NCBI GenBank assembly: GCA_038087875.1
Contig: JAXLNO010002420.1
Span: 1 to 64,000 of the forward strand
Direction of reading: 5' to 3'
Length of the DNA stretch: 64,000 nt
Origin: Malacoraja senta
Taxonomy: Eukaryota
Positions 1 to 11,945 of the stretch are shown here, piece by piece. How positions within the stretch are numbered: the stretch's first letter is position 1; every line of letters begins with the position of its first letter. Below the pieces are notes generated by a model. It was given only the letters and a program-made list of their open reading frames with translations. It ran no database searches and was not told where the DNA came from. The position numbers were made by a program, and so were the translations under genes.

Positions 1-830
1 CGTTCCTGCCTTCTCCCCATATCCCTTGACGCCGCTATTTTTAAGAGCCCTATCTAGCTCTCTCTTGAAAGCATCCAGAGAAACTGCCTCCACCGCCCTC
101 TGAGTCAGAGAATTCCACAGGCTCACCACTCTGTGAGAAATAGTGTTTCCTCGTCTCCGTTCAAATGGCTAACTCCTTATTCTTAAACTGTGGCTTCTGG
201 ACTCCCCCAACATCGGGAACATGTTTCCTGCCTCTAGCATGTCCAAGCCCTTAACAATCTTATATGTTTCAATGAGATCCCCTCTCATCCTTCTAAACTC
301 CAGAGTGTACAAGCCCAGCTGCTCCATTCTCTCAGCATATGACAGTCCCGCCATCCCGGGAATTAACCTTGTAAACCAACGCTGCACTCCCTCAATAGCA
401 AGAATGTCCTTCCTCAAATTAGGGAACCAAAACTGCACACAATACTCCAGGTGTGGTCTCACTAGGGCTGTGTACAACTGCAGAAGGACCTCTTTGCTCC
501 TATATTCGATTCCTCTTGTTATAAAGGCCAACATGCCATTCGCTTTCTTCACTGCCTGCTGTACCTGCATACATACTTTCATAGACTGATGTACAAGGAC
601 CCCCAGATCCCGTTGTACTTCCTTTTCCCAACTTGACGCCATTTAGATAGTAATCTGCGTTCCTGTTTTTGCTACCAAAGTGGGTAACCTCACATTTATC
701 CACATTAAACTTCATCTGCCATGCATCTGCCCACTCCCCCAACCTGTCCAAGTCACCCTGCATTCTCATAGCATCCTATCACAGTTCACACTGCCACCCA
801 TCTTTGTGTCATCTGCAAATTTGCTAATGT
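1..830 (-). mobile_element. CR1-clade LINE fragment (RT C-terminal region and 3' UTR)
   Basis: ORFs 169..642 and 500..769 carry CR1 RT motifs (LQGDLDRL..WA..WQM.FN..KC; LVRPHLEYCVQFW; RRMRGDLIETYKI), with a frameshift between them. Confidence 0.9.
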
Positions 831-831
831 T

Positions 832-1844
832 AGAAACATAGAAACATAGAAAATAGGTACAGGAGGAGGCCATTCGGCCCTTCGAGCCAGCACCGCCATT
901 CATTGTGATCATGTCCCCTATCAATAACCCATGCCTGCCTTATCCCCATATCCCTTGACTCCACTAGCCCCTAGAGCTCTATCTAACTCTTTCTTAAATC
1001 CATCTAGTGACTTGGCCTCCACTGCCCTCTGTGGCAGGGAATTACATAAATTCACAACTCTCTGGGTGAAAACTTTTTTCTCACCTCAGTCTTAAATGAC
1101 CTCCCCTTTATTCTAAGACTGTGGCCCCTGTTTCTGGACTCGCCCAACATTGGGAATATTTTTCCTGCATCTTGCTTGTCCAGTCTTTTTATAATTTTAT
1201 ATGTTTCTATAAGATTCCCCCTCATCCTTCTAAACTCTAGTGAATACAAGCCTAGTCTTTTCAATCTTTCCTCATATGACAATCCCACCATCCCAAGGAT
1301 CAATCTCTTGAACCTACGCTGTACTGCCTCAATCACAAGGATGTCCTTCCTCAAATTAGGAGACCAAAACAGTACACAATACTCCAGATGTGGTCTCACC
1401 AGACCCCTATACAACTGCAGAAGAACCTCTCTACTCCTATACTGAAATCCTCTTGTTATGAAGGCCAACATTCCATTAGTTTTCTTCACTGCCTGCTGTA
1501 CCTGCACGCCAACTTTCAGTGACCGGTGTACAAGGACGCCCAGGTCTCGCTGCACCTCCCCCTTACCTAACCCAACCCCATTGAGATAATAATCTGCCCC
1601 CTTGTTTTTGCTGCCAAAGTGGATAACCTCACATTTATCTATATTATACTGCATCTGCCACGCATCTGCCCACTCACTCAACCTGTCCAGGTCACCCTGC
1701 AACCTCCTAACATCCTCTTCACAGTTCACACTGCCACCCAGCTATGTGTCATCCGCAAACCTGCTAGTGTTGCTCCTAATTCCCTCTTCCAAATCATTAA
1801 TATATATGGTAAACAATTGCGGCCCCAACACCGAGCCTTGCGGC
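832..1844 (-). mobile_element. CR1-clade LINE, 3' part; continues at 6989 on the other side of the hAT insertion
   Basis: ORF 1052..1729 is CR1 RT. An (AGAAACAT)n tail at about 832-850 marks the 3' end. The sequence rejoins 6989 across the TSD CTTGCGGC. Confidence 0.9.
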
Positions 1845-3051
1845 CAGTGGCGGACTGGCCAGGGTATCAGCTTGCCCGATGGCAAGTGGGCCCCTGATGA
1901 AGTGCCCCCCCCCCTATATCAAATAAAAATGCAATAAACAAACAAACACAGATAACTGTTTTAGTAATAAAAAGGAATAAGATGTATCTGGCAGCTAGAA
2001 TTACACTGAAAGTTTAATTTTTAAAAATATCCACAGTATCAACAGGGATGAACTACTTTTGAGTTAAAATTAGTCACAAAAATTTACATTCATTCAATCT
2101 CACAGGACTTATCTTATAATAATTACTTACAATATTCTCTGATTTTACCGCTCCAGTGTGATTTTTAATTCTTTGAAAAGGTTCTCCCAATACTTAAATG
2201 ACACCAAATAATAATATACTCCCAAAAAATTTCGGTTGGCAAGTGAGAAAATTTTGTATCAAAGATATGTCCGTATTTTTGTCACACACACTTGAAAAGC
2301 CTCAGCCTGCCCCCCCCCCTTATTGAAGAGATGTTTTTAATTTTTAGTTTTTGTATATGTATAAAAGATCATTGTTGCATATAACTTCTTGTTGCATCAT
2401 TCACCAGGCGGCCAGACGTGGCGTGGCTCCTTTACCATTCTTTTTATATAGTTTTTCAAGGATCGTAAAAAAAAATTATCGGTAAACAATATCCAAATTC
2501 AGCTACATGTGAGTTCAAATTTAGATATTAGAAAAACGTAATTGTTACACCAGGGTAGGCTCCAGTTATCCATAGTAATTATCTGGTTATCAGTGACTGC
2601 ATTGAAAATATTATATGAAAAGTTAATGAAGCCTGTTCTTCAGCATATGTGCTTAAACATAAGTTATTGTTAAAGCTATGTGAGAGGTATTATCAATATT
2701 CAGGATTTTTTCATGCATATATTCTTGTGAATCATTGTTCTCAGTGATGAACATTAAGTATCGTAAAAGTAATAGCCTTACAGATGAAACTAGTAGTGCT
2801 TGCATATCTCTCAAGGTTAACAAATATAAACCGGATATAAAATATGTGTCATCAGCGATGCAGCAGCAGGACTCATTGATGCTAAATGTATAAAACGTCC
2901 ACAATTATTATTCGGTATGTGCTTAAAGGTATTATCTGTGAGCGACTACTTTCAGTTGTGCCAAGTAATGATGGTACAGGACAGGGACTTTTTGATCTAT
3001 TGATTGAAACATTACAGCATCTTAAAATTGACCCCCAAAAATGTTTATCTG

Positions 3052-4714
3052 TATTATGTTTAACTATATTACAAAGTTAGAAACTAGTATTCCAAATCTA
3101 TTAAATCTAATAACACAATTTGGTCAGTTCTCAGGATATAGGATTAATTGGAATAAAAGTGAAATTATGCCAATAACAAAATTCAACTTAAATACAATAC
3201 AACAATCCCCTTTTAAAATAGTTAAAGATAAACTTAAATATTTAGGAATCTATGTAACTAAGACATATACCTCTTTATTTAAACAAAATTTTCCATCCTT
3301 ACTTAATAAATTACACAAACATATTCAGTACTGGAAAACACTTCCTATTTCAATGCTTGGTAGAATTAATGCTATAAAAATGATTTTCTTACCGCAACTA
3401 CTATATTTATTTCAATTAATTCCGATATATATTCCAAAAAACGTTTTCAAAAAAGTCGACTCCATTGTTTCAAGCTTTATTTGGGATTATAAGAATCATA
3501 GAATAAGTAAAAAACATTTATGGAAGTCAAAGAGCAACGGAGGTTTGGCCTTGCCAAATTTATTATTTTATTTTTGGGCAGTCCATATTAAAAACATAAA
3601 TTTCTGGCTGGAAGAAATGGACCAACAACCAGAATGGTTAAGGATGGAAAAGGAAGACTGTTTACCTTTTGAAATAGGTTCGATTATATTTGCTACCACA
3701 AAATTGCATAAAAAAACCTATAAGGAAAACCCTATAATACATAGTGGAATACGAATTTGGAAACAATTAAAAAAGGCTTTAAAACTGAATAATATACCAC
3801 TATGCCTTCCCATTGTAAATAATCCTCTATTCAAGCCATCCATATTGGATAGAGGTTTTATACAATGGAAAAATCAGGGAATTAAAAGGATTGGACATCT
3901 TTATAGGGAAGGCATCTTTCTGTCATTTCAAGAGTTACAACAGAATCATGGACTACACTCAAATAACTTTTTCAGATATTTACAAATTAGAGATTATGTT
4001 AAATCCAATACACAAGTTTATAGGACTAGGGAACCAGAAATTCTTGATGAATGTTTGAATACGCATCCTAACACTGAAAAATTAATAGCTTATATTTATA
4101 AAATTCTCCAAAATAATGAGGAACCACCGATGGAACTATATATACATAAATGGGAAAATGAGTTAGGTTATCCTATTACGAAAGATATTTGGGACGAAAG
4201 TTTACAACATATACATCAATGTTCGTTAAATGCCAGACATGCTTTAATACAATTTAAAGTCTTACACAGATTACATTATTCCAAAATAAAACTAAATAGA
4301 ATTTTCCCACATATTTCTCCTATATGTGATAAATGCCTGCACCTAGAGGCCAATTTAACACATACCTTTGCAAATTGTATAAAAATTAAAAATTACTGGA
4401 CTGATATTTTTCAAATAATCTCTGAAGTTGTTAATACCAAATTGGCTCCAGACTCAAAATTAATAATACTTGGGATATCAGAACAAAGTTTAACACTCAC
4501 AACAAGCCAAAGAAACTTCCTTGACTACAGTATAATAACTGGGAAAAAATTAATATTAAAATTCTGGAAAGGCCCTACAACCCCCACAATTAAAATGTGG
4601 ATTGTGGAAATGTCGGAGACCCTACATCTAGAAAGAATTAGACTTGTCTTAATGGACAAGCAAGAACTTTTTGTTAAAATATGGGCTCCATTCATTGCCT
4701 ATTTGAAGGGATAG
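3052..4714 (+). CDS. L1 ORF2 remnant (post-RT region and C-terminal CCHC-type motif CDKC...HTFANC), uninterrupted
   Basis: Track ORF 3041..4714 (557 aa; its first codons lie in the TSD). Motifs SGYRINWNKSEI, LKYLGI, GRINAIKM, GGLALPN. The start is lost by truncation, so it is unlikely to be expressed. Confidence 0.85.
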
Positions 4715-4818
4715 AGTGGCCCAGCGCGAAAGCCCGACTGAAACTTTTTGTTAAAATATGGGCTCCATTCATTGCCTATTTGAAGGGATAGAGTGGCCCA
4801 GCGCGAAAGCCCGACTGA
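4665..4818 (+). repeat. Perfect 77-bp tandem duplication spanning the L1 ORF2 stop codon
   Basis: 4665-4741 is identical to 4742-4818 (aactttttgttaaaatatgggctcc...gcccgactga). Confidence 0.9.
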
Positions 4819-5592
4819 AGCTTGAACTCAGGATTAGATGTAATTATATTTCATAACCTACGAACTTATCTCCTATGACGTATTATAAGTTATTCATTCC
4901 ACCTCTTTTTCTTTTTTGATATTGTAATTCTTCTTTCTCTCTTTTCTTTCTTCTTTCTCTCTATTTTTCTTTTTCTATCTATATAAAAAAAAACACTAGA
5001 AGCAGAAATGACTGACAATTGACAAATTTAATAATGTATGAGTGATTGATGTATATGAAAAGTTTTTTCTTCTATTATAATATGTTACTCTACATTGTAA
5101 TATGTTTGCTTCTAATAAAAATTTATATCACAAAAAAAAAATGTTTATCTGATAGCACAGATGGCGCTGCAAGCTACTATGGCCAGTATAATGGTTTACA
5201 AAGTAAAATTGCTGATGTGGCTGATCAACATGTTCATATACAATACAATACAATACGGTTTTATTCGTCACATTGCACATAAAGTGCAAGTGAAATGGTG
5301 CTATGCCCATGTCTTGAATTTGGTGATAACTGAAACAACAAATGTTGTGAGCCTGCAGTTTCTTTTTTCAATTTGCTCCAGAATAGAGCAACTTTTGTGA
5401 AAGCATCATACAAGAGAATGGCTGTATGGATAGAAGTTGTTGGAAAACATCTAGGATAAGAAAAAAATGAAACGATTAAAGCTAATTGGTGAGACCAGAT
5501 GGTCAGGAAAATCCAATGCAGCAACAACTATATTTGGAAGTTTTGATGATGCCGCTGCCAGTACTTTCGTAAATCTATTGACATGATTATCA

Positions 5593-6630
5593 ATGATACA
5601 AGATTCAGAAAAGTTTGATGCAAAAACAAAACATGAAGCAAATGTTTTACTTCAAAGTCTTCTAAAGTTTGAAACCATATTGACAGCATTTCTTTACTTG
5701 TATATATTTGAAACTACAACCCCGTTATCAAGTTATCTACAGACAAGTGGGTTAGATATGTTTACTGCATGGAGTTTGGTAGATTCAGCTACAACAAAGT
5801 TGAAGGAACAGACAAGAACATTTAATAACGTTCACAGCAAGGCTTTGGAATTTGTAAAGAAATGTAATGACAGGATTTCACAGATGAATATGGATGAAAA
5901 TCAAACATTGGAAATTATTGCGTTGGAAACAGCATTGCCAGTTAAGAGGCAGAGGAAGAAGAAAATAATGGCAGATGAGCTTATTGATGATAAAAGAAAT
6001 TCCTCAGATTCTCTAGCTGATTTTTGAGTAAATGTGTTTAACCCAATAATGGATCGCATTGTCCAGTCACTAGAATCACGCTTTGTACAACACAAACAGT
6101 TGTATAAAGATTTGTCCTGCTTGGACCCAGCAAAGTTTAAAACTATTGCAGAGAAGGGCCTTGAAGATGAAGCATTGGAAGGTATTATTAAGCTGTTTCC
6201 ACAAATCAGCAAAGATCAAGTAATATTGGAATTGTTTTCTTTTGCTTCAAACTTTGATGTATTAAAGTTGCTTAATGATGGTGAGAATATGGATTCCAGT
6301 TGCAACAATTGTAAAATGTGCAGCACTTGCCCATCGAGTGTACTAAACATTCTGGCATCCAACAGACTTCATGACAAGGCATATGATAACCTTTATCAAC
6401 TTTATAAAGTCATCTGCACACTATCAGTTACTCAAGTCCAATGTGAGAGGACATTTTCAAAGCTAAAGATCATAAAGACAAGGTTAAGAAATTCGCTGTC
6501 TGAGGAGAATTTGGAATCATACATGTTGCTAACCATTGAAAAGGAATTGTTAGATGAATTGGATGCAGAAGCAATTATTGGCAGATTCGCACAATCATCT
6601 AGCGAACACAAACGATTGCTCTTAATATAG
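5593..6630 (+). pseudogene. hAT transposase C-terminal portion, one in-frame TGA at 6025-6027
   Basis: ORFs 5593..6027 and 6034..6630 are in the same frame, separated by one stop. The hAT dimerization domain is at the end. Upstream parts (about 2650-3050 and 5150-5590) are frameshifted. Confidence 0.85.
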
Positions 6631-6988
6631 TGGACTGCATGCAATGCTCTATTGTGCTTTTCAACTATCTGTTAATGTGTAAATTGTGCAGTAAATTATT
6701 TTAAAATATCAACCAATTACTTAAAATTAAAAAAAATTAAAAATTATAACATTCTGTATTTACATTCGGTATCTAGTGCCAGTAATATGTACAGTACATG
6801 TACACTGTAATTACTAAGAACCATTTTTTTCACAAAAATTTTAAATTGTACCCTTTTTTCCATATGTATTTTTTGAAAATATTATTTATTCGTTATGAAA
6901 ATTAAATGATAGCATTGTAGTTGTGGGTGGGCCCCCTTTGTCTCCTGGCAACCAATATTTTTAGACCCAGTCCGCCACTGCTTGCGGC

Positions 6989-7810
6989 ACTCCACTCGCC
7001 ACTTACTGCCATTCTGAAAAGGACCCGTTCACTCCTACTCTTTGCTTCCGGTCTGCCAACCAATTTTCTATCCATGTCAACACCTTACCCCCAATACCAT
7101 GAGCTCTAATTTTAGTCACCAGTGTCCCGTGCGGGACCTTATCAAATGCTTTCTGAAAGTCCAGGTACACTACATCCACTGGCACCCCTTCATCCATTTT
7201 ACTTGTCACATCCTCAAAAAATTCCAGAAGATTAGTCAAGCATGATTTCCCTTTCATAAATCCATGTTGACGGACTAATCCTTTTACTGCTATCCAAATG
7301 CCCCATTATTACCTCTTTAATAATTGACTCCAGCATCTTTCCCACCACCGAAGTCAGGCTAACTGGTCTGTAATTCCCTGTTTTCTCTCTCGCTCCTTTC
7401 TTGAAAAGTGGGATAACATTAGCTATCCTCCAATCCACAGGAACTGATCCTGAATCTATTGAACATTGGAAAATGATCATCAATGCATCCACTATTTCTA
7501 GAGCCACCTCCCTGAGGACCCTGGGATGCAGACCATCAGGTCCAGGGGATTTATCATCCTTCAGTCCCATTAGCCTACCCAATACTATTTCTCGCCTAAT
7601 GAAAATTTCTTTCAGTTCCTCTACCCCCTTAGATCCTCTGTCCTCCAGTACAGCTGGGAGATTGTTTGTGTCTTCCTTAGTGAAGACAGATCCGAAGTAC
7701 CTATTCAACTCTTCTGCCATTTCCTTGTTGCCCATAATAATTTCACCCGTGTCTGCCTTCAAGGGACCCACATTTGACTTTGCTACTCTTTTTCCCTTAA
7801 CATCTTTAAG
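6989..7810 (-). mobile_element. CR1-clade LINE, 5' part of the copy split by the hAT
   Basis: ORFs 7003..7257 (VDVVYLDFQKAFDKVPH) and 7232..7771 (KSPGPDGLHPRVL, NYRPVSLTSVVGK) are CR1 RT N-terminal motifs. Confidence 0.9.
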
Positions 7811-8094
7811 CTTCTTTACTCAATACTCTGACTGATGAAGGACAAAGTGCCAAAATATTTTTTGACCACCTAATATACCAGCGACTCAACCTTCAAGGAA
7901 CCATGCAACCATCAACCATTCCTCTGCCCACCTGGCTAATTGATCGAGATCCTGCTGCAATCTTTCACAACCATTTTCACTATTTGCAAATCCACTCACT
8001 TCTGTATCATCAGCAAACTTGCTAATCTTGCCCTGTTCTGTGACGTTTCACAGAGTGCTGGAGTAACTGAGTGCTGGAGTAATATTGCGAGGTC

Positions 8095-8665
8095 AGGCTG
8101 AGTACAGAAGTTGGGAGGTCATGTTGCAGTTGTATAAGAAGTTGATGAGGCCGCATTTAGAGTATTGTATTCAGTTCTGGGCACCATGTAATAGGAAAGA
8201 TGTCATTAAACTGGAAAGGGTACAGTGAAGATTTACGAGGATGTTGCCTCAGGACTAGAGGGCCAAGCTATAGGGAGAGGTTGAGTAGGCTGGTACTCTA
8301 TTTCATGGAGCACAGGAGGATGAGGGATGATCTAATAGAGGTGTATAAAATCATGATTTGAATAGATATGGTTGAGTCTTTTGCGCAGAGTAGGTGAATC
8401 GGGGAGCAGAGGACATAAGTTCAAGGTGAAGGGCTAAAGCTTTAATAGGAATCTGACAGGTATATTTTTCACGCAAAGGGTGGTAGGTGTATGGAACAAG
8501 CTGCCAGAGGAGGTACAGACAGGGACTATCGCAAAATTTAAGAAACACTTAAACAGGTATATGGATAGGACATGTTCGGAGAGATATGGATCAAATGTGG
8601 ACAGGAGGGACTAGTGTAGATGGGACATGCTGGGCCGAAGGGCCTGTTTCCACACTGTATCTCTC
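8095..8665 (+). mobile_element. Degenerate CR1 3' fragment
   Basis: Resembles the RT end and 3' UTR of the other CR1 copies (gaggccgcatttagagtattgt...gggcctgtttccacactgtatctctctatgact). Confidence 0.75.
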
Positions 8666-9159
8666 TATGACTATCTATCTTTCCCTCTCAAACCCATTCT
8701 CCTGCCTTCTCCCCATTACCTCTGACACCTGTATCAATCAAGAATCTATCAATCTCCTCCTGAAAAGTGTCCATTGACTTGACTTCCACAGCTGTCTGTG
8801 GCACTGAATTCCACAGTTCACCACCTTCTGACTTAAGAAATTCCTGCTCATCTTCTTCCTAAAGGAATGTATTTTAATTCTGAGGCTGTGGCCACTGGTC
8901 CTAGACTCTCCCACTAGTGGAAACATCCTCTCCACATCCACTCCATCCAGGTTTTTACCAGGCTGGGACAGACGGCAACAGCTTCACACCGTGTCCCAAA
9001 GCTTGTGTCCTGTCCTGCTTCACCCAGGCAGCAGAGACGTTATAGGAGAGGGCAAGCACCGTCACAAAGTAGTTCACGATGGTTTGGGTAACATTCAGGA
9101 ATGTCTATGCATGTCACATCATGAATATAACTGAAGAAGGGTCTTGACCCGAAATATAA

Positions 9160-9417
9160 TCTATACCTTTTCTCCAGAGATGCTGCCTGACCCAGTGATT
9201 TGCTCCAGCACTCTGTGAAATGTCACCTATCCATGTTCTCCGCAGATGCTGCCTGACTCACTGAGTTACTCCAGCGCTCTGTGACATGTCACCTATCCAT
9301 GTTCTCCAGAGATGCTGCCTGACCCACTGAGTTACTCCAGCACTCTGTGACATGTCACCTATCCATGTTCTCCACAGTTGCTGCCTGACCCGCTGAGTTA
9401 CTCCAGCACTTTGTGTC
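9160..9417 (+). repeat. About four copies of a 66-bp tandem unit derived from the Penelope terminal repeat
   Basis: The unit atgtcacctatccatgttctcc...gatgctgcctgacccactgagttactccagcactctgtgac recurs at 9220, 9286 and 9352. Confidence 0.8.
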
Positions 9418-10369
9418 TATTTTCCCTTCAGCCATGTGCCCAAGCCCACTCTCCCCTCTCCTTTCCTATGTTCCTTTCCACCCATAAACCTATCTCTACC
9501 TTTACATTTCACTCCTCTTTCAAATCTGCTCTACTTATCTACATGCATTTTTCTTCTTAACTTTTTAGTCATAGAATGATGCAGTGTGGAAACAGGCCCT
9601 TCAGCCCAACTTGCCCACACCGACCAACATGTCCCATCTAAACTAGTCCCACTCACACGCGTCTGGCCCATATCCATGTAAACCTCTCCTATCCATGTAC
9701 GTGTCCAAATGTCTCTTAAACATTAGGATAGTCCCAGCCTTAACTACCTCCTCTGGCAGCTTGTTCCATATACCCACCACCCTTTGTGTGAAAAAGCTAC
9801 CTCTCAGATTCCTGTTAATTTCTGAAATATTGGTCATGAATTTGATGCAAAAATGCTCCAAAATAAGGCTCAGAATGCATCAGAGAGCATCTAAAACCCC
9901 TGGACCCTGGCATCGAGGGACTTCACACTTCACGCTCGTGATGTGCACAGCGCGCACATTATTTCACATTACAATCATGCACAGCGCGCACATTATTTCA
10001 CATTACAATCTTTTTGTGATCCTGTCATGCCACCCCCCTTTTTGAAAAGCTTAGTACGGGACTGAGTTAGGAAGGCATGTTGGTGCTTTACAGGTCATCA
10101 GCCACTGTGTAGCACTGGGAGATGGTACTGATGAGTACAGTTTAGTCCTGGCACAGCAGTGTGTACTGATAGGGACAGATCTATCACTGCATAACAGAGA
10201 ATGCTGGAGAAACTCAAGAGGTCAGGCAGCATCTGTGGAGGGAATGGACAGACAACATTTTTAGTTGGGACTATTCTTCACACTGATTGTAGTATGGGGG
10301 AAGAAAGCTGGAAAAGAAAGCTGCCGTCCAAAAACGAAAACTTGAATAAGCCCTTGATATAAGCCTGGC

Positions 10370-10870
10370 CGATTGTTTCACTGAACACCTTCACTCATTC
10401 CGCCTGGACCTACCTGATCTCCCGGTTCCCAAACACTTTACTTCCCCTTCCCATTCCCACACTGACCTTTCAGTCCTGGGCCTCCTCTTTTGTCAGAGTG
10501 AGGCCAAACGCAAATTAGAGGAACAGCATCTCATATTTCACTTGGGCAGCTTACAACCAGTGGTATGAATATTGAGTTCTCTGACTTCGTAATCCCTGCA
10601 TTCCCTCTCTCTCCATCCCTCCCCCACCCAAGTCGTACCAGCTTCAAAGTCCCTTCTCACCTAACAAACAGCTAACAATGGCCTGTTTTCTTTATCATCA
10701 TTACTTTTGTGCAAATCTTTCATTGATTTGATCTATAGCTCTCTACATCACCGTCTATATCTCCCTTCCCTTTCCGCAGTCTGAAGAAGGGTCTCAAACC
10801 GAAATGTTACATTTTCTCCAGAGATGCTATCTGACCAGGTGAGTTACTCCAGCTTTTTGTGTCTATCTTC
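10370..10870 (+). mobile_element. Penelope-like element 3' fragment (end of GIY-YIG endonuclease and terminal repeat)
   Basis: Same sequence family as the endonuclease-coding copy at 49820-50480, ending in ctgaagaagggtctc...cgaaa...gatgct...gagttactccagc. Confidence 0.75.
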
Positions 10871-11631
10871 AGTGTAAGCTATAGCTTGCAAAAGGGTGGT
10901 TAATAAATATTATGTGAATGCTGCAGTGGGATTAAACAATGTCGACAATTGATGCGTAACTGACAGGAAGCAAAACTTTTTGTAAAATATCTCCTTTGTT
11001 CTGGAGGTGCATAACAATGTTGTCACTGCCCCTGTAGCATCTGGTGCCCTCTTGTGGTCAAAGTTACAGTAATCTGGCGGTTGCTGTCCACAGATATTTT
11101 ATTACAAATTTGGAACAACAAAATTGATGCTGAGTCTCATCCCGGAATGTCAATAATTTCCTCCCTCCCCACAGATGCTGCTCGACCGCTGAGTTCCCCT
11201 AGGCTCCAGCAGTTTGTTTGTTGCTCCAGATTATGAGAGGCGTAGACAGTCAGAACCATTTCACCAGTTTGGAAATGCTCAACTTTAGAGGCCAGAGCTA
11301 GAAAGTGAAAAGGGGAAGGTTTAATGGAGAAGTAGAGGGCATGTTTCTTTATACAGTGGGCGGGCGGGGGGGGGGGGGTGGAACGCACTGTATGGGTGGT
11401 GGTAGTGCAGATATGATAGTAGGATTTAAGAGACTTTCAGATAGGCACATGGAAGTGCGGGGAATAATAATGAATTTTATTTATGGGCGCCTTATACCGA
11501 GGTCTCAAGGACACCTTACAGAGATTTATGGTTAACATATAATCAGAATTAAAAAAAATAAGTTATAAAGGCCAATACACAAATCAGGGACAGAATTCCT
11601 TCCAAAAACACAAAAAAGAAAATCAGACCAT

Positions 11632-11945
11632 TTTGTTTAGTTTTAGAGATACAGCGCTGAAATAGTCCCTTCATCCTACTGAGTCCGCGCCGACCAGCGA
11701 TCCCCATAAACCAGCACCATCCGACACAGGTGAGACAATTTACCATTGTTTTTACCGAAGGACAATAACTTACAAACCTGTATGTCTTTGGAGTGTGGGA
11801 GGAAATCAGAGCTCCCGGAGAAATCCCATGTGATCACGGGGAGAACGTACAAACACCTTACTGACAGCACCCGTTGTCAGGATCGAACCCGGGTCTCTGG
11901 CGCTGTAAGACAGCAGCTCCACCGTTGCGCCATTGTGCCACCCCT
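11632..11945 (-). mobile_element. tRNA-derived V-domain SINE (HE1-like)
   Basis: On the minus strand: A-box-like GGCGCAACGG, B-box GGTTCGATCC, V core GATTTCCTCCCAC, CR1-like tail and (CTAAA)n end. Confidence 0.8.

Larger units (their letters stand above)
3052..5136 (+). mobile_element. 5'-truncated L1-clade LINE (ORF2 C-terminal half, 3' UTR, polyA)
   Basis: TSD AAAAATGTTTATCTG at 3037-3051 and 5137-5151 (left edge blurred by polyA). AATAAA at 5114-5119, then an A tail. The hAT reading (PQKCLS|DSTDG) is restored when the insert is removed. Confidence 0.92.
1845..6980 (+). mobile_element. hAT DNA transposon, decayed autonomous copy, interrupted by an L1
   Basis: Perfect 14-bp TIRs CAGTGGCGGACTGG (1845-1858, 6967-6980) and 8-bp TSD CTTGCGGC (1837-1844, 6981-6988). 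Transposase remnants include STDGAA and the dimerization motif CERTFSKLKIIKTRLRNSL. Confidence 0.93.

Noticed and set aside
8959-9104. Possible minus-strand exon TFLNVTQTIVNYFVTVLALSYNVSAAWVKQ... bounded by AG/GT
   Set aside because: Weak polypyrimidine tract, no partner exons found, and no family I can recognise with confidence; only a BLASTX could rescue it.
9220-9417. Regularly spaced repeats suggesting a CRISPR array
   Set aside because: Vertebrate DNA, contiguous units without unique spacers, and derived from a Penelope terminal repeat.
9944-10010. 34-bp tandem duplication containing GCGCGCAC (metal-response-element-like core on the minus strand)
   Set aside because: Short motif 5 kb from the promoter with no supporting context; likely a chance local duplication.
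11632-11945. tRNA-like A/B boxes here and in similar copies
   Set aside because: They are SINE heads followed by a V core and LINE-like tail, not complete cloverleaf tRNA genes.
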